Of a DNA stretch of 64,000 nucleotides, positions 27,673-38,230 are shown one piece after another (within the stretch, counting starts at the first letter, position 1; each line of letters opens with the position of its first letter). The position numbers and the translations under genes were made by a program. The notes beneath the pieces are model-generated. The model worked only from the letters and a program-made list of their open reading frames with translations, ran no database searches and was not told the DNA's origin. This DNA is from a virus: positions 3,496-67,495 of IMG/VR virus record IMGVR_UViG_3300025161_000007. One strand, 5' to 3'.

Positions 27673-27963
27673 CTACACCCTCACCCGGCTGATCTTGCCT
27701 GCCTGATCATCAGGCACAGAGTAGGCCACCATCGATAGCGTGCTGAACGCGTCAACTAAATCTGCCAGGTTGACATCAGAATTGCCATCGATGAAATCCT
27801 CTTGCGATAGATCGCCCGCTGAGAACCCAGTGCCAGTTGGGATGATGTAGCCGCTGGTAACCCCTTCATGCTGGACGCGCATCAGATCGTAGAAGGCATC
27901 CATGAAGTTGGCGGCCACCACACGAGTACGATAGATCCAATCAGACTTCCTTGCGTTCGGCAT
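27673..27963 (-). CDS. Hypothetical protein
   Basis: AGGAGG RBS; TGtTATAAT extended -10 at ~27994-28002. Confidence 0.6.
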   Translation of the reverse strand: MPNARKSDWIYRTRVVAANFMDAFYDLMRVQHEGVTSGYIIPTGTGFSAGDLSQEDFIDGNSDVNLADLVDAFSTLSMVAYSVPDDQAGKISRVRV

Positions 27964-28002
27964 GTTTCCTCCTGAGAATGATTGATCACATGTATTATAA
28001 CA

Positions 28003-31000
28003 TCATGTCGTGGAATCCGTAATCAGACCATAGTTAGCCAGTGCGGTGATCAGGCTGGCAAGAGCCGCATTACCACCCTTGCTGCCAGTAACCGTGGGTT
28101 TGGTGATCATATTGGTGCCATTGAATCCGAGCTTGGGATTTCCAGAGGAATCCACGCCCATCTTCATGACAGCCACCTCGCCCCCATAGTAGTTCACATA
28201 GAACGTAGCGCTCCCAATGCGCGAGGAGTGCGTCGCGGTCTCCCATAGCGAGGCTAGCTTGAAGATCACCTGGTCCTCGGTCGTCGAGGTCTCTGCTCCC
28301 ATGGTCAATGACACGCCAATCGCACTGGCAGGGGTGGTCGTAGAGTTATGATTGATGTACAGGCAGTTGGTTACCCCGCTGTAATTGCTGTCCTTGATAG
28401 CAAGATACCCGCCACCATACCCGTAGAGGGTGCCACCAATGATCGACCCATTGACAGTCAGCCCCGTATCGTTGATGATCGCCATATGATACGACATGCC
28501 AGACCCGATAATGAAACGGATCGAAGTCTTGCTGGCTGTATTGTAGTCAGAGTAGAGAACGATCCCGGCGTTCTTCGAGTTGACCGAGGGGGTGCTGGCA
28601 TAGATGTCAACCATCGCACTCTTGTAAAGCGTTGGTTCATTGGCCTCCGACGATGCATACAGGTAGGCCTCTGTGGCATACGAGTAGTCGGAATACTGTG
28701 TACTGAAGTTGCTGTGGTAGCCACCAATGCCAACGACTGGCTGGGTAGTACTGTAGTCGTAGGCAGCCAGCCCATTGAACACAGAATCAGTCATCGTCAT
28801 CCTGATACCAGTTGCATCAAGGACGACTCTTCCGCCACCAGCATACAACTTGCCATCGGATGCTTTCGCCTCAAACTGGGTAGTCCCGCTGTTCACGCCA
28901 CGCAGGTAGTAGCCATCGCTCAGGTACCCAAAGCGGATGCCGGTCGAGGTGGAGCCAGCCCGCAACTCGCCAGTGCTTCCAAGCGAGAGTACGCCACTCA
29001 CGGTCAGATCACCTGTGTTCACGCTAAGCGCAGACAACGTAGAGACCGAGATGTGGTTGGCCGTGATCGTGCCCGTGTTGATCCAGTCGCCGGAGATCAG
29101 CGTAGCGCCAGCCAGGATTTGCACCGATGCCTTCGTGGTACCATTCTTCGCGTACCCGACCAGCACATGATTGGCTCCCAACGCGGAGAGGCTGGTGGTC
29201 GTGGAGAGCGTAAGGGGAGCACTGGCGGTCGCATCCACATACAGGTAGGTGAGCGCGGTCATGTTGCCTGTATTGCCATCGCTCACCGTCTTGGTGGTGC
29301 CATCCCCGAAGCGGATCGACACGCCACTCCAGGAGATCGTATCCGCATCCGTGGCCGTGAAAGTGCCGGAGACGGCCACGATTCGCCTCTGGTTGGTATA
29401 GGTCTGGGTGGCCGCATCGCCGCCCACAACCGTGATGTTCCCCTTCACATTCAGCGCAGAACCATCCCAGGTCAGATAACTGCCAGAGGGGTTGCCCACG
29501 CTGAACTTGTAGGTGGAGGTGTCATAGCCTAGCCAGAAGCCAGTGCCAGTATTGTAGGCCGTCTGGCCGCCAGAGATCCTACCCGATGATCCCACCGAGA
29601 TTCCAGAGGAGCTGATAGACACCACATTCGCTCCGCCCAGGTTACCAGAGGTAGCGTAGATCGTGCCCGATACTTCCAGAGCAGAGCCATCCCACTTCAG
29701 GTACTTCGAGGAGCCATCCCCCACGCTGAACTTGTACCCAGAGCTATACCCCAGCCAGAAGCCAGAGCCAGTGTTGTAAGCTGTCTGGCCACCAGCAATG
29801 CGCCCTGAGTTCCCGACGTTGATACCAGACGAGTCGATGGCGACCACGTTCGAGGAGTTACCGATGTAGCCTGCCACCGCATTGATGGTGCCCATCACAG
29901 TCAGCGCCGTACCATTCCAGGTCAGGTAGTTGCCGGATGGGTTGCCGATGCTCAGCTTGTACCCTGAGTCGTAGCCCAGCCAGAACCCTGTGCCTGTATT
30001 GTAGGCGGTCTGCCCGCCCTTGATGCGCCCCGTAGTGCCTATATCGATGCCATAGGAGTCGATGTCCACATGGTTGGAGTTTCCACCGATCCACCCCGCA
30101 GTAGCCTTGATGGTGCCTGCAACCTCCATGAGAGCAGCGCTGTTATCCCACAAGATGTACCCACCACGTGAGGCATCGCCAATCAGCCCATCGCCTGGCT
30201 CAAGCGTCTTGCCACCCCAGGCTTTGGTAGCAGATGCACCATAGAAGCCGAGGATCTTGTTGCCAGAGGTATCTTGCATCCATAACCCCTCGGAATCTGC
30301 CCACACAGGGGAGGCAGAGGTGGTGCGGAAGGCGAAGGTGGAGGTCTCTACAAAGACAGGAGCATCTGATTCGTAGATGGCACGAATCTCATCGGCACTC
30401 ATGGCGCGACCGATGAGAACCATGTCGTCGATCATGCCATCAAAGTAGCTGCTACCGTAATAGCCAACGTATGTGTTAGCGCCAGAGGTTGGAGTACCAT
30501 ACCCACCAGAAGCAACCAGGCTTCCGTTCAGATAGAGCTTCGTGGAGCTTGTGCTCTCATCCCATGTCACGCAGACGTGGTGCCAGGTATCCTTAGGGAA
30601 GCTGGTCGAGTTGAGCGCATAGCTACAGCGCATCACGCCGCCAATATAGGCGGCCAGGTTGTTGCTGTTCGTGATATACAGGATCACCCCAGCCGTGTAG
30701 TTGTGATCGAAGATCCACCGATATGTGCCAGACTGCGCATCGCTGGTCGGATACACCCATGCCATCACGGTGCCAGATGTTGGGAGCGTGATCCCAGTGT
30801 AATAGAGCGAGGCCGCGCTGCGCGAACTGGTGGAGTAGTGAGCGGTTCCCGACCAGGAGTGGCCTTGCCCTAGAGAGCCATCGCAGTACGGCGTAGCATA
30901 GGGAAGGTTCTCGAACTGCACGGCATCGATCCAGATCGAGCCACCGACAGGTAGGTTGCGGATCGCCACCCTGGCAGTCACGGCACCAGTCTCCATAGTG

Positions 31001-34000
31001 GCAGTAAAGCTCGCATGCTTCCAGGTAGTGGAGGCAGGGAGATCCACATAGGTGAAGAGCGAGCCACCAATCACATTTCCACTAGAGTTATAGCGGAAAA
31101 TATGCAGCCTGGCAGGGTATGGCCCCATGTAGTACAGCGAGGCTGTATAGGTCTGACCTTCAGTAACGCTTATCGAGGCCGAGTAGGCATCTGTAGTCTG
31201 CGAGCTACCATTATTGGTAATCTTCAGACAATAAGAGCCGTATGCACCACCACTCTCGCGAGAGATCACGCGGTCCGTGTAGGCGGTCCACCCATTTGTA
31301 TTCACCTCAAGGCTGGGGTTGATGATCAGGTTGGTGGTGGCTCGCGAGACGCTGACCGCCTTCCCGAACTTACCTGCCGAGAACAGCAGGTTGGCTCCAA
31401 CCCCCTTCTGTCCCAAAACGCTGGTAGTGTCACCGTCACGGTTCGTCTCGTAGGGTCCTGGCCCATCGAAGTGGCAGAGAAGGATCGCATCCTTGATCTG
31501 GATCGCATGTTTGCCTACGATCCATCCCCTGGCGCGCAGGTTCCCGTTCACATCGAGGTCGAACTGCTGATCTGGTGCGCAGTTCACCCCGATGTTGGCC
31601 TGCGAGTAGTCCACAAAGAGGATGTTGTTACCAACGGTCACATCATCGGTAAACGATGCGCCTCCCGTCACCACGATCCCACCGCTCTCCGGAATGCGCA
31701 CGATCTCCGTGAGCGCAGTCCCATTGTGCACGGAGAAGGAGAGTTGGCCCTTCCCAGAGGAGCCAGCCATCATCTTCACCTGCGCCAGAGAGCGGGAGTT
31801 GGATGTGTCATAAGCGGTGATCGCTCCCAGCGTGGCATTGGGAGATTGCGAGGGAGCCGAGAAACGAATCTCATCCCCTGGCGTCCCAAAGTCCAGGCGT
31901 GCTGAGGGGGAAGAGCGCAGGATGCCAATGCGCTGGTTAGTCGTGTCGATGTTCAGGATGTTGGCGCTTCCACTCGCATTGTAAAAGGCGATCCCAGAGG
32001 TTCCATCAGCCAATGGCCTTATAAGCTGAGTGGCTACATAACTGCCAGAGCCAGTAGCCACCAGCTTGAGAGGAGTGCGCTTGCTGGCATAGTCATAGAC
32101 CGATAGCCACATCTCCCCCTTGTAGCTGGCGTGGGTCGCATCGTTCCACAATGATTCGATATTACCAGACGGAACATCATTGGTCGTGCTCGTCTGAAGC
32201 CGGAAGACCAGTCCGCTACCAAAGCTCGCCGATGGAGTGCCCGTAGAGCGGTGGTTGATCGTCATCAGGTTAGAGACCGTGTTGGTAGCGCTATCCGAAA
32301 CCCCAAGATAGAGGGGAGTATCCGGCGTGATCGTCGAGCCAATGGAGAGATACCCACCCAGTGGTTGCAAGTAGAGGGGCGTTGTGCTACCACCAGTCGA
32401 TGTGTAGCCCTGGAGCGAGATCTTGTTGCTGGAGGTCAGAACACGCAGCCCAACATCACGGTAGGTATTGTTGAAGACGGCGATTATCGCTGGATCGGAA
32501 GAGGCTCCAGTGGTTACATGCAGACGGCCTGCGGGAAGGGTCGATGCCGATCCGCCTAACATCATGTTGGAGGAGGTGTCGAAGTAGAACAACGGCGTTG
32601 GGGTTGCCTGGATCGTGTATGAGGAGACGTCAGTCTCGAACGCAGCTTGCCAGCCATTCGGGTTCAGACCATTCGATGTAGTAGGTGCGCTCACGGTGAT
32701 CTGTGGGTATTGCCAAACCGTAGTGGTGTCGCCAATGATGATCAGTGGATTATTGCTGCCATCTTTCGCGAGGCGCACAAGCCGTGTAGGGCAACGCCCA
32801 ATGATGTTGACAGACGTTGAGTACCATGTGCTACCAGTGGAATACCAGTACCCACCAAGATTAATTGTCCAGGCACCAGTGCTTCCAGTGTAGTCATAGC
32901 CACAGATCGTTAAATTGAGAAACGTATTACCGCACTGCGGTCTGATTACAAGTGCGCCCGTGACATTGGCAGTCCACGTGCCTATAGCAGCCAGCAACAT
33001 AGCACTCCAGACTGCGTCATCAGTGCTTTTGACACCAACAGTGCCCTTCACCTGCAATGTGGCGGTTGGGTTGGTTCCCCCGATGTACACACGCTTGTTG
33101 GTGGAGTCAATGCTCACAATCGATGCGCCAGTGCTGGTTGCAATGTTGAGTGCGTTTGTGCTGTCTGAGGATGGCTTCCAGGATGGTGCAATGATGCCGT
33201 TGGTGAATACTTGCGCCTGGGAAGTTGCACCTGCCCGTGTTCCAGAAGCGAGCAGGAAGGATGACTCGTGGACGCCATCCACCATGTCAGCACTCAGATT
33301 GGAGACCGTGGTTGTGCTCGTCACCACGAGGGGGGCCGTACCGGTGGCAACCGTGCTCTGGAATTGCGGAGCATGGACATTGCCACTTCTGCGCACCATG
33401 AACTGATTCGAATTGCCATCCGTAGCCACAGCGAGCACAGGCTCGTAGGTATCGAGATCGATCTGTGTGACTGCAAATCCACTGGGTACCGATCCCGCTT
33501 CCCAGTTGAGGGGAGTCCAGCCAGCGGAATGCTCGTTATCATAGATCGTGAAGCTGACAGAGCCAGCTTCAGCAACGTAGACCTCAACCGCAGCGCCCTC
33601 ATAGACACCCCCCTCGATCAGGCGAATCTTGCGCACGATGCCAGAGGATGAGTAGAATGATCTACTCAAGACAGAGAGGGTTGGGTTGGCCCCATAGTGC
33701 ACGTTGGCATAGAAGGTGGTAGATGAGTGACGGCCGGATTGAGTATCACGCACGGTGAATAGAGCAGAGGCGCGAGTGCCACCAGTCCCCCCAGGAGCTA
33801 CAGGCCCATTACTGGCGATGCGATACCAGCCAGCAGCACTGATCGTCGCGCTGTATCCCTGGCGTTTGGCAAGATCGGCTGCATGGGATCCATCGACCAT
33901 ATCTGCGTTCAGATTGGTCACGGCCGTGGTGCTGCTCACACTGAGGGGAGCCGTGCCAGTGGCCACATTCGAGATGAAGCGCGTGGCCGTGATGCTGGAG

Positions 34001-34569
34001 GTGGCAGTAGCTCCCCCGTCCTTCAGGAGCACCCCATCAATGGTCACGCCAGCATTGCTGGTCATCTCATTGACAACATCGGTGTTGATGCCATTGGTGA
34101 ATGCCTGAGCCTGGCTCGATGCACCCGCACGTGCTCCAGAGGCAAGAAGGTATTGGGGATGGTCATCATCACTCAATCCGCCAATGCTGCCGTGATCGAC
34201 TACCAGGGAGCCATGAAGCTGCTGATCGGCATGGCGGACAGTGGTTAGATATTGTGGATGGTCATCGCTTTCCAGGCCAGGGAGGTCGGAATGCCTTGTG
34301 CCAACCAGGAGAAAACTGCTGGCATGATAGTTATCCACCATGTCCGCGTTCAGTGGCAATACACCCATGTCCGATGATGAACCGACAGAGGCACTTGCCG
34401 TAGATGAAACGACGTAGGCAACACCATCCACGATATCGATCAAGGCATTGTCGCCAGCAGCAATATCGCCAGCAGATGACATCACACGCGCCTGGCGCGG
34501 GGTCACGCTCCCAGGGTAGACAACGGTTGCCTTATCCCCAGCAACATCGATTACCTTGCACAGAATCAT
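28003..34569 (-). CDS. Tail fibre/receptor-binding protein with LamG-like and carbohydrate-binding-like domains
   Basis: S/T/G-rich 2188 aa; LNADMVDG repeats; TWHHVCVTWD...LYLNG...FDGMIDD (LamG); three GGQTAYNTG repeats. Confidence 0.85.
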   Translation of the reverse strand: MILCKVIDVAGDKATVVYPGSVTPRQARVMSSAGDIAAGDNALIDIVDGVAYVVSSTASASVGSSSDMGVLPLNADMVDNYHASSFLLVGTRHSDLPGLESDDHPQYLTTVRHADQQLHGSLVVDHGSIGGLSDDDHPQYLLASGARAGASSQAQAFTNGINTDVVNEMTSNAGVTIDGVLLKDGGATATSSITATRFISNVATGTAPLSVSSTTAVTNLNADMVDGSHAADLAKRQGYSATISAAGWYRIASNGPVAPGGTGGTRASALFTVRDTQSGRHSSTTFYANVHYGANPTLSVLSRSFYSSSGIVRKIRLIEGGVYEGAAVEVYVAEAGSVSFTIYDNEHSAGWTPLNWEAGSVPSGFAVTQIDLDTYEPVLAVATDGNSNQFMVRRSGNVHAPQFQSTVATGTAPLVVTSTTTVSNLSADMVDGVHESSFLLASGTRAGATSQAQVFTNGIIAPSWKPSSDSTNALNIATSTGASIVSIDSTNKRVYIGGTNPTATLQVKGTVGVKSTDDAVWSAMLLAAIGTWTANVTGALVIRPQCGNTFLNLTICGYDYTGSTGAWTINLGGYWYSTGSTWYSTSVNIIGRCPTRLVRLAKDGSNNPLIIIGDTTTVWQYPQITVSAPTTSNGLNPNGWQAAFETDVSSYTIQATPTPLFYFDTSSNMMLGGSASTLPAGRLHVTTGASSDPAIIAVFNNTYRDVGLRVLTSSNKISLQGYTSTGGSTTPLYLQPLGGYLSIGSTITPDTPLYLGVSDSATNTVSNLMTINHRSTGTPSASFGSGLVFRLQTSTTNDVPSGNIESLWNDATHASYKGEMWLSVYDYASKRTPLKLVATGSGSYVATQLIRPLADGTSGIAFYNASGSANILNIDTTNQRIGILRSSPSARLDFGTPGDEIRFSAPSQSPNATLGAITAYDTSNSRSLAQVKMMAGSSGKGQLSFSVHNGTALTEIVRIPESGGIVVTGGASFTDDVTVGNNILFVDYSQANIGVNCAPDQQFDLDVNGNLRARGWIVGKHAIQIKDAILLCHFDGPGPYETNRDGDTTSVLGQKGVGANLLFSAGKFGKAVSVSRATTNLIINPSLEVNTNGWTAYTDRVISRESGGAYGSYCLKITNNGSSQTTDAYSASISVTEGQTYTASLYYMGPYPARLHIFRYNSSGNVIGGSLFTYVDLPASTTWKHASFTATMETGAVTARVAIRNLPVGGSIWIDAVQFENLPYATPYCDGSLGQGHSWSGTAHYSTSSRSAASLYYTGITLPTSGTVMAWVYPTSDAQSGTYRWIFDHNYTAGVILYITNSNNLAAYIGGVMRCSYALNSTSFPKDTWHHVCVTWDESTSSTKLYLNGSLVASGGYGTPTSGANTYVGYYGSSYFDGMIDDMVLIGRAMSADEIRAIYESDAPVFVETSTFAFRTTSASPVWADSEGLWMQDTSGNKILGFYGASATKAWGGKTLEPGDGLIGDASRGGYILWDNSAALMEVAGTIKATAGWIGGNSNHVDIDSYGIDIGTTGRIKGGQTAYNTGTGFWLGYDSGYKLSIGNPSGNYLTWNGTALTVMGTINAVAGYIGNSSNVVAIDSSGINVGNSGRIAGGQTAYNTGSGFWLGYSSGYKFSVGDGSSKYLKWDGSALEVSGTIYATSGNLGGANVVSISSSGISVGSSGRISGGQTAYNTGTGFWLGYDTSTYKFSVGNPSGSYLTWDGSALNVKGNITVVGGDAATQTYTNQRRIVAVSGTFTATDADTISWSGVSIRFGDGTTKTVSDGNTGNMTALTYLYVDATASAPLTLSTTTSLSALGANHVLVGYAKNGTTKASVQILAGATLISGDWINTGTITANHISVSTLSALSVNTGDLTVSGVLSLGSTGELRAGSTSTGIRFGYLSDGYYLRGVNSGTTQFEAKASDGKLYAGGGRVVLDATGIRMTMTDSVFNGLAAYDYSTTQPVVGIGGYHSNFSTQYSDYSYATEAYLYASSEANEPTLYKSAMVDIYASTPSVNSKNAGIVLYSDYNTASKTSIRFIIGSGMSYHMAIINDTGLTVNGSIIGGTLYGYGGGYLAIKDSNYSGVTNCLYINHNSTTTPASAIGVSLTMGAETSTTEDQVIFKLASLWETATHSSRIGSATFYVNYYGGEVAVMKMGVDSSGNPKLGFNGTNMITKPTVTGSKGGNAALASLITALANYGLITDSTT

Positions 34570-37500
34570 GACGGCTTCCTCACAAGATAGACTAACGCTT
34601 CGCCATACTGATCTTCGCCATTGAACGAGATATCCACGCGTGTCACGACATAGGTCCCAGAGTACCCAGAGTACTCACTCGCGGTGATGTAAACGACGCC
34701 TCCAACACGGTAAGCCTGATTCTCTGTGAATACAGAGAGTGGCATCCCGAGAACAATGCCGCAGGAGTAGGAAATAGCGCGCTGTACAGACGCGCGCGCA
34801 GAGGAGTATACGTCACGGCTAGACAGGGAGTTCGGCCTCTGGATGTTATCCCATCGCAATGTAGTGGCAGAAGGATCAATGTAGTAAGACACAGCCTCCC
34901 CGCCATAGAGCTTGACGGCCGTATACTGCTCATCTGGCGATGTCGTGTAGATGATCGAGAGAAGGCTACTCAGATCACTGCTGGTACCGCGGATATCCAG
35001 AGACTTTGTCGGAATGCTCCCTGTATTGTTGAGCATTCCGAAGCGTGCAACCAGAATGGTGTCATAGTCAACGTCGTAGAACCACCCACCATGGCTATCG
35101 AGCAGCCTGAACATGGAAGACATCAGGTCGGACCCGCTATCCACAGAATAGGCATCAACGTAGTCACACAAGCTGTCCAGATGCGGAGTCAATGTGACTC
35201 CAGTTGATGCAGCCCATCCAAAGTAGTCCCCCTTCTTCCAGTTGCTCCCCAGCGGGAACGCAGCCACCATCTTGTTGAACGCGTAGACGCAGATACCGTC
35301 TGGAGAGATGCTCACATCGATTATACCACTGCCAGGCAATGTGTAGGGGAGCATGAAATCGTCCACGAGGGTGTAAGACCCATTTGCAAGATCGTATAAC
35401 TCGACCTTGTTTGTGTAGATAACAATGAAGTGTGAAGCAAGGATCTGTCCGGTGCTGGTCGCATCAGTCGCAAATCGTATGGCATTGCCACTTGCCATCC
35501 CGCTGTAATTTACAGAGATCTTGTAGTACTGCGTATCTGGAATGACCATCAAGTAGGTGACGTCAGAGTAGGATCCGGTCGATCTTGGCAAGAAGTCGAA
35601 ACCTGAGGCAATCAGACGATCGCACATGGTCGATGACAGGCCACTCATCCTGATGATCGCCGCTGACACGCTGCCAGATGTATAGGAGGGCTTGATCTCA
35701 GCGATGCGAAGTGCGCGGAATCTGACGAGTGTATCGTATTCCCTATACACAGAGAAGCGTGTCATAGCGGGATAGTAGGCAGGCATAGCAGAGCACAAGG
35801 TATTATTGTTCGTTGCATTGCGATCAACATCAATTGTGCGATAGTCTTGCGTAACCCATTTCATTATCGCAGAAGGCGGCGTACCGTATGAGCTAATAGA
35901 CGTGAACGATGTAGCTCCTTTTTGGATGTCGTATGGCGTGTAGTACATGTGGTACGATCCCCATACCCCACAGAGATTTGTTGAGCTGTATCGGAGGCAC
36001 GCGGAAAATGATCGCGTCTGCGAAGAATCGATAGGACTTCCCACTGTGCGAACGTAGGCCGTCAGACTCCTACCGCGAACGATTGCTGTGAAACGGTACC
36101 AGCCAGTCGTAACGATACTGGTAACGTCAACAGGTTGATATTGGTCACTATTGAGTATCCCGAATAGCCACTGGTTGGAATTGTCCCTGGCCTGGAATAT
36201 CCCAACCGCATATCCAGGGGAGTCCCCAGACGCCCCTACCACAATGCCAGCCCCAATCATCTCGGCCTTGTAGTATGGATCAATGTACACATCAGCCTCT
36301 ACAACATACGATTCTCCGACCGTCTTCGCGGAGAGCAATGCAGAGAAAGAATCAAGAGATTCCCATGAGCTACTATTGAGATAGACTGTCCACCCATCAG
36401 AAGCCAGGGCCGCCGAAAATGTACCACTGCGAATGATCTTGCCAGTAAGCGGACTAGTACTGCCAGACGCAAACTCGTTGTACAATCCAGGTGATTCAAA
36501 CGTGACATCGTACTGAAACGCTGTGTCAGACATGACAGTTTGCAGCCCTCGCACCATAACAGAGATGCTGCTACCATCTCCGCTGATGGTCTCTGTATAG
36601 TCACGCATCATCCACAAGCCTGGATACATAAGGTTCCCGTTCTCCAGGATGGAGATCGCCATGTCACGTGACTCGGCTGTACTCTTATCGAAGTATGGGC
36701 CATCCAGATAGTACATGTTGGATATATCAATGCGAGCCTGGCTGACGGTAGAGACGGCTGCAGTCAGCGAGTACGATAGGGTGCGTTCGGACATATCGTA
36801 TGACGGGTTGATGGGCGACCAGTTCGGTTCCAGCATTCTAGAACACGGTACTCTATACACAACATCTTCCGATGCAGCACGAACCGTTCCCTGGCCGTAT
36901 GGATTTGTTGTAATGCTAGGCTTAAGGAAGGATGGCGTAATCGATGAGCTTGAATACAGATACCCGTAAGACGGAGTTGCCCACATAACCCCATCTTCAG
37001 TATGGCAGATCGTGTAATACACGATATCTCCAGTATCGCTAAACAGACGGAAGTAAGCAACGCCGTAGACACGCCACTTGCCATCTGGGGACTTATCCAG
37101 ATTAAGGCCAGTGATAATTACCTGGACATAGTCGTCCCAGCGTATGTTATGGAACGACATCGGATCAGACACGTAGCCAGAATAGCCCAGGATAACATAC
37201 CTGGTGGTATTCGCCATCTTGTACGTGACAAGATAGCCAACGCCAGGGAGATCAATAGCATCGGAGGCCAACGTATCGTAGGGATACCGATAGTATTGGT
37301 GCTTATCGCGCGTGCTTATGTCAATAACACTGTCGATCACCCATAAGCCAAGAGAGCTTGCTGTCTGTCGGTATAGTCTAACATATTCATTGTCAGAAGT
37401 AGGAGCATTTGGTTGTGTAACCAGGATCACATCGTCAACACCAACGGGATTCACTCCAACCACATCATACTGCCCGCGGGTATACGTTCCGAAGGGAACC

Positions 37501-37862
37501 GATGCGCTCCATGTCCCACTAGAGATGTTGTAGGTCTTCTTACGCAAGGAGTAGCCGCTGATGTAGTAGGCATGGATCACGTTGTTTGCAGAATCGAGCG
37601 CAAGACCAATGGATGTGGAATACACCTCTGGAGGGTAGGCGTCAGTGGCAGTAAGATTCTCATTTACAGTAAAGCTACGGCTGTACTTGATCCCAGATCC
37701 AGGCGAGAACCACACGCGCAGATACGGGTAGATGGTATCGCTTGTCTTGTTGTACTTATTCTCCCCAGTATCCCTCCATGCGATTAGACTGTGGTCATCG
37801 AATTCAAAGACGCGAAACTCACTAGAGCTGCCCCCAGCGTGGAAGTAGATATTTTTGGTCAT
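34566..37862 (-). CDS. Minor tail/baseplate-hub protein
   Basis: 1098 aa, Y/S-rich; between Dit-like gene and fibre; C-terminal GTYVVTRVDISF. Confidence 0.65.
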   Translation of the reverse strand: MTKNIYFHAGGSSSEFRVFEFDDHSLIAWRDTGENKYNKTSDTIYPYLRVWFSPGSGIKYSRSFTVNENLTATDAYPPEVYSTSIGLALDSANNVIHAYYISGYSLRKKTYNISSGTWSASVPFGTYTRGQYDVVGVNPVGVDDVILVTQPNAPTSDNEYVRLYRQTASSLGLWVIDSVIDISTRDKHQYYRYPYDTLASDAIDLPGVGYLVTYKMANTTRYVILGYSGYVSDPMSFHNIRWDDYVQVIITGLNLDKSPDGKWRVYGVAYFRLFSDTGDIVYYTICHTEDGVMWATPSYGYLYSSSSITPSFLKPSITTNPYGQGTVRAASEDVVYRVPCSRMLEPNWSPINPSYDMSERTLSYSLTAAVSTVSQARIDISNMYYLDGPYFDKSTAESRDMAISILENGNLMYPGLWMMRDYTETISGDGSSISVMVRGLQTVMSDTAFQYDVTFESPGLYNEFASGSTSPLTGKIIRSGTFSAALASDGWTVYLNSSSWESLDSFSALLSAKTVGESYVVEADVYIDPYYKAEMIGAGIVVGASGDSPGYAVGIFQARDNSNQWLFGILNSDQYQPVDVTSIVTTGWYRFTAIVRGRSLTAYVRTVGSPIDSSQTRSFSACLRYSSTNLCGVWGSYHMYYTPYDIQKGATSFTSISSYGTPPSAIMKWVTQDYRTIDVDRNATNNNTLCSAMPAYYPAMTRFSVYREYDTLVRFRALRIAEIKPSYTSGSVSAAIIRMSGLSSTMCDRLIASGFDFLPRSTGSYSDVTYLMVIPDTQYYKISVNYSGMASGNAIRFATDATSTGQILASHFIVIYTNKVELYDLANGSYTLVDDFMLPYTLPGSGIIDVSISPDGICVYAFNKMVAAFPLGSNWKKGDYFGWAASTGVTLTPHLDSLCDYVDAYSVDSGSDLMSSMFRLLDSHGGWFYDVDYDTILVARFGMLNNTGSIPTKSLDIRGTSSDLSSLLSIIYTTSPDEQYTAVKLYGGEAVSYYIDPSATTLRWDNIQRPNSLSSRDVYSSARASVQRAISYSCGIVLGMPLSVFTENQAYRVGGVVYITASEYSGYSGTYVVTRVDISFNGEDQYGEALVYLVRKPS

Positions 37863-38227
37863 TACAGTATCTCCACCAGATCGAGTAAGCAGACAAACTT
37901 TTTGCCGGCTGGATCAAGTAATCGTATCTCCATAGGTTGGGTCAGTGCCATGTTGTAAGTCGTCCCGTCGTTCATTGTGATCGTGCAATGCCCATAGTCA
38001 TCGAAGTGGGTACGTATCGTCGATATGGTGCCATATCCAGGCTCATAGGTATCATCACTCGGCACAAGGAGAGCGATCCTGGCCCTGGTGCGCCTGGCAG
38101 GATCGGCTACCAGCACATCATGGTCATTGATCGTGCGCGCGTATTTCCTGACCCTACCAGCGCTTGTGGAGTAATTATCGAACAAGGTCCGATACTTGTA
38201 GTAGTTGATGGTTACGTAGTTGTTCAT
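37862..38227 (-). CDS. Distal-tail-like small protein
   Basis: Position immediately after the tape measure gene. Confidence 0.5.
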   Translation of the reverse strand: MNNYVTINYYKYRTLFDNYSTSAGRVRKYARTINDHDVLVADPARRTRARIALLVPSDDTYEPGYGTISTIRTHFDDYGHCTITMNDGTTYNMALTQPMEIRLLDPAGKKFVCLLDLVEIL

Positions 38228-38230
38228 ATC

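Noticed and set aside
28003-34569. Diversity-generating retroelement target in the tail fibre
   Set aside because: No reverse transcriptase and no adenine-specific TR/VR pair seen in the window.
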